A DNA stretch of 63,929 bases, the filler included, from Craspedostauros australis (lineage: Eukaryota), in the NCBI GenBank assembly GCA_030167865.1. It is 21 parts of 21 records of this genome, joined end to end, with 100 filler letters (N's around TTAATTAATTAA, not from the genome) between each part and the next. Parts side by side here need not be neighbours in the genome. Positions count along the whole stretch, not along the records: positions 60,594 to 61,747 come from JALAGF010001341.1; positions 61,848 to 63,929 come from JALAGF010001342.1; 19 more parts are not named here. One strand, given 5' to 3'. Below the pieces are notes generated by a model. The model was not told the DNA's origin. It worked only from the letters and a program-made list of their open reading frames with translations, and ran no database searches. The stretch's first letter is position 1. The number at the start of each line of letters is the position of its first letter. Shown piece by piece: positions 60,677-63,929 of this stretch. The position numbers and the translations under genes were made by a program.

Positions 60677-61246
60677 GGGTTCTTCACCCACAACACACCA
60701 TTGCCCACAATTGGTTAAGTGAATGAAGAGCCCCTTCTCAGTCAAGTGGACAACATCATCCAAGCATTGGAACAACCCATCATCAGCAATGTGATTGATA
60801 CAGAAGCAAAGATGATCGGCCTTGTCCTTCTCTGAGTCCGAATATGTTTTGAGACGGCGCTTTGTTTCGATTCGCATATGGTGTAGCGTGGTTGGTGGCA
60901 TATTAAGGGCAGCAGCAGCTGTGTAAGCGATTGCCGCATCGTTGATGTGAAGGTGTTGTAGGTGTTCTGACAGGTCCTCTTGATCCCATTTGAGCACACC
61001 CTGACATGCATGATACTGCGGCAGCAAGCTCCAAAATGATTGGAAGTTGCTGGCCATAGTCTTTCTCGCATTGATCATCATTTTCTGGACCGTGGTGGGA
61101 TGCACGTCGTAGCGCGCTGCCAGATGATCAAGCACCCCATCCTTGCAACAGCCATCGGCTTGCGACAGCAAGAGCGTCACCAAGATCCGAATCCGTCCGT
61201 CTGTAGATATGCGTTTCCTCTTCTTGCGTTCCATTGATTCCATCAT
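60677..61246 (-). pseudogene. Tc1/mariner-superfamily (plant/oomycete mariner-like) transposase remnant interrupted by an LTR
   Basis: HTH segment LAARYDVHPTTV, AAALNMPPTTLH, FC..FQCLDDVVHLTEKGLF (degenerate VHIDEKWF) and GEEP, then LTR C. Confidence 0.72.
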
Positions 61247-62359
61247 CTAGATGACACTTGTGACAACAAGTACATGAAGGGCTCTTGTCCGAAGCTACAT
61301 ACTGAGGAATTGGCAAGGTACATCATGGAGTCCGTCGATGACAACAAGTCGGAAAGAAACGAGCAAGTTCCAGCATGCAACGCACAACATTCACTAATTG
61401 GATGCATACAAGAGCATTGAATGAACGCAACTACAATGTGGCAAGCCCTGTAAGATTGGGCACCTTGATAGTGGTGGCAGCTATATTCGTCATGTAATAG
61501 CCTAATTCAGTATGGATTGCGATGCTGTAATTGCGATGAAGATGTGCAGCAGGGCACTCCCAAAAATGATGACTCGCAGGCCGCGACGAGCTGGGCCGTT
61601 GTCTGCTCACGAAGCTTGCATCAACCCATATGATCACCACGAACAGAAAGGAGACAAATTGAACAAAGGTCTGATACGAAGATGGAGGTATGTCATTGAG
61701 CAACGAGGAGAAACGAAGTCATATGATGACGTCGTATTGCGACACCGNNNNNNNNNNNNNNNNNNNNNNNNNNNNNNNNNNNNNNNNNNNNTTAATTAAT
61801 TAANNNNNNNNNNNNNNNNNNNNNNNNNNNNNNNNNNNNNNNNNNNNTACATGGTGTTATGTTGTGTAGCATTCGCAAGTGTCGCTGTTGCAGCCGACGC
61901 GCAGGGATGCCACCACCAACGCTGTGCTGCTTGACACAACACGCACAAGCGAGGAACATCAAACCGAGCCAAATCACCAACAACGCGAGGAATCAACATG
62001 GAACCGGACCCGTCACAACTTCACCACCAATACAGTTGGATACCATCGCAGTCTGACATCGACCGTCAATGACGTCATCATTTTCGTCCACGGTGAAGAC
62101 AAGTCGGCCAGGTACTTGTGTCGTAGAAGCTAGCTAGATTTATCTAACCCTAATGGACAACACGAAAAATCATGTTCTAAAAATATCACGTTTCAGTATC
62201 TCAAATCCGCAGGATACTACACGACTTCGCTGAATGGGGTCATATGGTGACGAAGGCATGCACGTATGGATGTATGTATGTAGGTACTAGTATGTATGTG
62301 TATATGGTCGGTCATCACGCCTTCACACATTCCCATTCGGTTCTGCATCATGCTTCTCC

Positions 62360-63929
62360 TCAGCTTTTGTCTGTCTTGCTTCTCTTGCGGCCTCGAGTTG
62401 ATCCATCTCCTGCCGATTTTCTTTTTTGGTCCAGCTCCCCGCCCCTTCCCCGGAATGCCTCGAGGCCGTCCAGATAATCCCGCAACCAAGGACACTTGCT
62501 CTTTATCCAAGCGGCTATATCCTCCGCATCCTCCAAAGACTGAGGGTTGGTGATACGGTTCGCTTTCTCGTTGGTCTTCCGACTTCGCCGGCGACAATCA
62601 TCGAGCTTGTTCATCGATTCACCCAGCAGTGGACTCTTATCGGTGGGAAAGCCTACGTAGAAAGATGTTCCGTCGGCCGCCTCTCCGGAGTACTTTTTCT
62701 TCAGATAGAGTTTGTCTTCCCTGCTTGCAACGCAGTACAGTCGATTCGAGCCAAATGTGATGCTAAGGAGGCTGTCGTAGACCCTGTCTCTGTTCTTGCG
62801 GATGTTCTCGTATTTGATTGTGCTGGAATCAAAATAATCTTTGGCTTGGATGCAGACCGTGAAGAATCCCACTTCCCATCTCGAGGAATTACTTGCGCTG
62901 TTTGTGGTCTTCTTCACGCCAGCAGTGGAAACGTATCCATCCGCGAGGTTGCTCGATCCCTCCGCCACAGTTGTGAGTGATGGACAGAAATTCTGTTTGG
63001 TTGGATTGAATTGGGGCGCTTCTGTCTTTCTGATCGTTTTCTCAAGATGACCGCATGCCTCCCTCATCTTGAAAAGCCCATCTGTTAGGACAATGTCCAT
63101 GTCGAACGATGGAACCAAGGTCTCAAACTTGGAAGCATCGAAACCCTTGGCTTTCTCCCATTTCGAGATCAGTTTACGACGCCTGCTGCCAAAGTCTGGA
63201 TCGACTTGCTTTGTTTTCAACTTGTCCCAACGGTTCTTCCGCATGCGAGTCTTCTGGGCTTCGAGTCGTTTGTTTACTTCCTTGTTCATCCACTTGTTGA
63301 CCTGAGCTTCGGTCATGGATTCAAAGTTTTTGGGCTTTGTTGGTATGGTCGGTTCGTTGACGTTCATTTCAGACTGCTGATAGTACATTCCATCCATCGC
63401 GAGCTCAGACTCATCAGAAACAGGAATCACACTTTTCAGCGCGTCCCATGCCATTGTCACGTGGTCTATCTTGTCACCAAGGACTCCGTCGGACAACTTG
63501 AGCTTCAATCCGAGGGTATCCTTGAAGATGGATTGGATGCATTTCCTGTGCTTGAATGAGACGGTCTTGGCTGCAGTGATGGCAGCACCAATGATCTGCG
63601 TTGACAACGCCTCGTAGGCAAACGGCGTTGTTCCAAGAAAGCCAACACCACCTTTCAGCCTGATTCCGCCCTCCAAAAGCCACACACAGAACAGTTGAAT
63701 TGCCTCATCCACTATGTATGGCTTCTCCAGTTCCTCTTGATCCTTGAACTCTGGATCGACTTTGTTCTTGCCGTCGTCACCCACAATAATGTTGTCGAAG
63801 ATCTTGAAAGGCACGGGTGTCACCAGTCCGTACTCCGTGACGAGATCTTGCATGATGTTGATGTCGTTGTCTCCGAACTTCTCGAAGTTGATTCCATAGT
63901 CGAGTGCCATCGCGTGTTTCCTTGCTAGG
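62360..63929 (-). CDS. Hypothetical protein, at least 516 aa, probably 5'-partial, with basic NLS-like C-terminus
   Basis: Long open frame with coding-like composition, open to the window edge. No family recognised. Confidence 0.7.
   Translation of the reverse strand, partial: LARKHAMALDYGINFEKFGDNDINIMQDLVTEYGLVTPVPFKIFDNIIVGDDGKNKVDPEFKDQEELEKPYIVDEAIQLFCVWLLEGGIRLKGGVGFLGTTPFAYEALSTQIIGAAITAAKTVSFKHRKCIQSIFKDTLGLKLKLSDGVLGDKIDHVTMAWDALKSVIPVSDESELAMDGMYYQQSEMNVNEPTIPTKPKNFESMTEAQVNKWMNKEVNKRLEAQKTRMRKNRWDKLKTKQVDPDFGSRRRKLISKWEKAKGFDASKFETLVPSFDMDIVLTDGLFKMREACGHLEKTIRKTEAPQFNPTKQNFCPSLTTVAEGSSNLADGYVSTAGVKKTTNSASNSSRWEVGFFTVCIQAKDYFDSSTIKYENIRKNRDRVYDSLLSITFGSNRLYCVASREDKLYLKKKYSGEAADGTSFYVGFPTDKSPLLGESMNKLDDCRRRSRKTNEKANRITNPQSLEDAEDIAAWIKSKCPWLRDYLDGLEAFRGRGGELDQKRKSAGDGSTRGRKRSKTDKS

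Noticed and set aside
2489..61847. Regularly recurring TTAATTAATTAA motif as a biological repeat or recombination site
   Set aside because: Always centred in exactly 44+44 N, so it is an artificial concatenation linker.

Overview
This window is not one locus. It is 21 short eukaryotic contigs joined by 20 identical 100-nt artificial linkers (44 N + TTAATTAATTAA + 44 N), so adjacency across linkers carries no information. GT-AG introns, CoDi-type Ty1/copia elements, an Ambal-like LINE, a bipartite plastid presequence and CCCTAA motifs point to a diatom (inference, no database search). Host genes: a DEX1-like FG-GAP membrane protein, a TyrP/Mtr-family aromatic amino-acid permease, a TCP10/CENP-J(SAS-4)-domain protein, three glycosyltransferase-like type II membrane proteins and three unknown ORFs. 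The most striking element is four divergent paralogs of a large STAND-type P-loop ATPase with a helical-repeat C-terminus (AAA_16/COG3899-like, NLR-like layout, no kinase domains seen), one with an in-frame stop. The rest is mobile or repetitive DNA: four copia pol fragments (two with a chromodomain-like module), three LTR families each seen at two sites, LINE, Harbinger, mariner and gag remnants, a palindrome-filled MITE, 80- and 74-bp tandem arrays, and a 5-kb satellite with telomere-like motifs. All family calls come from motif recognition by eye.
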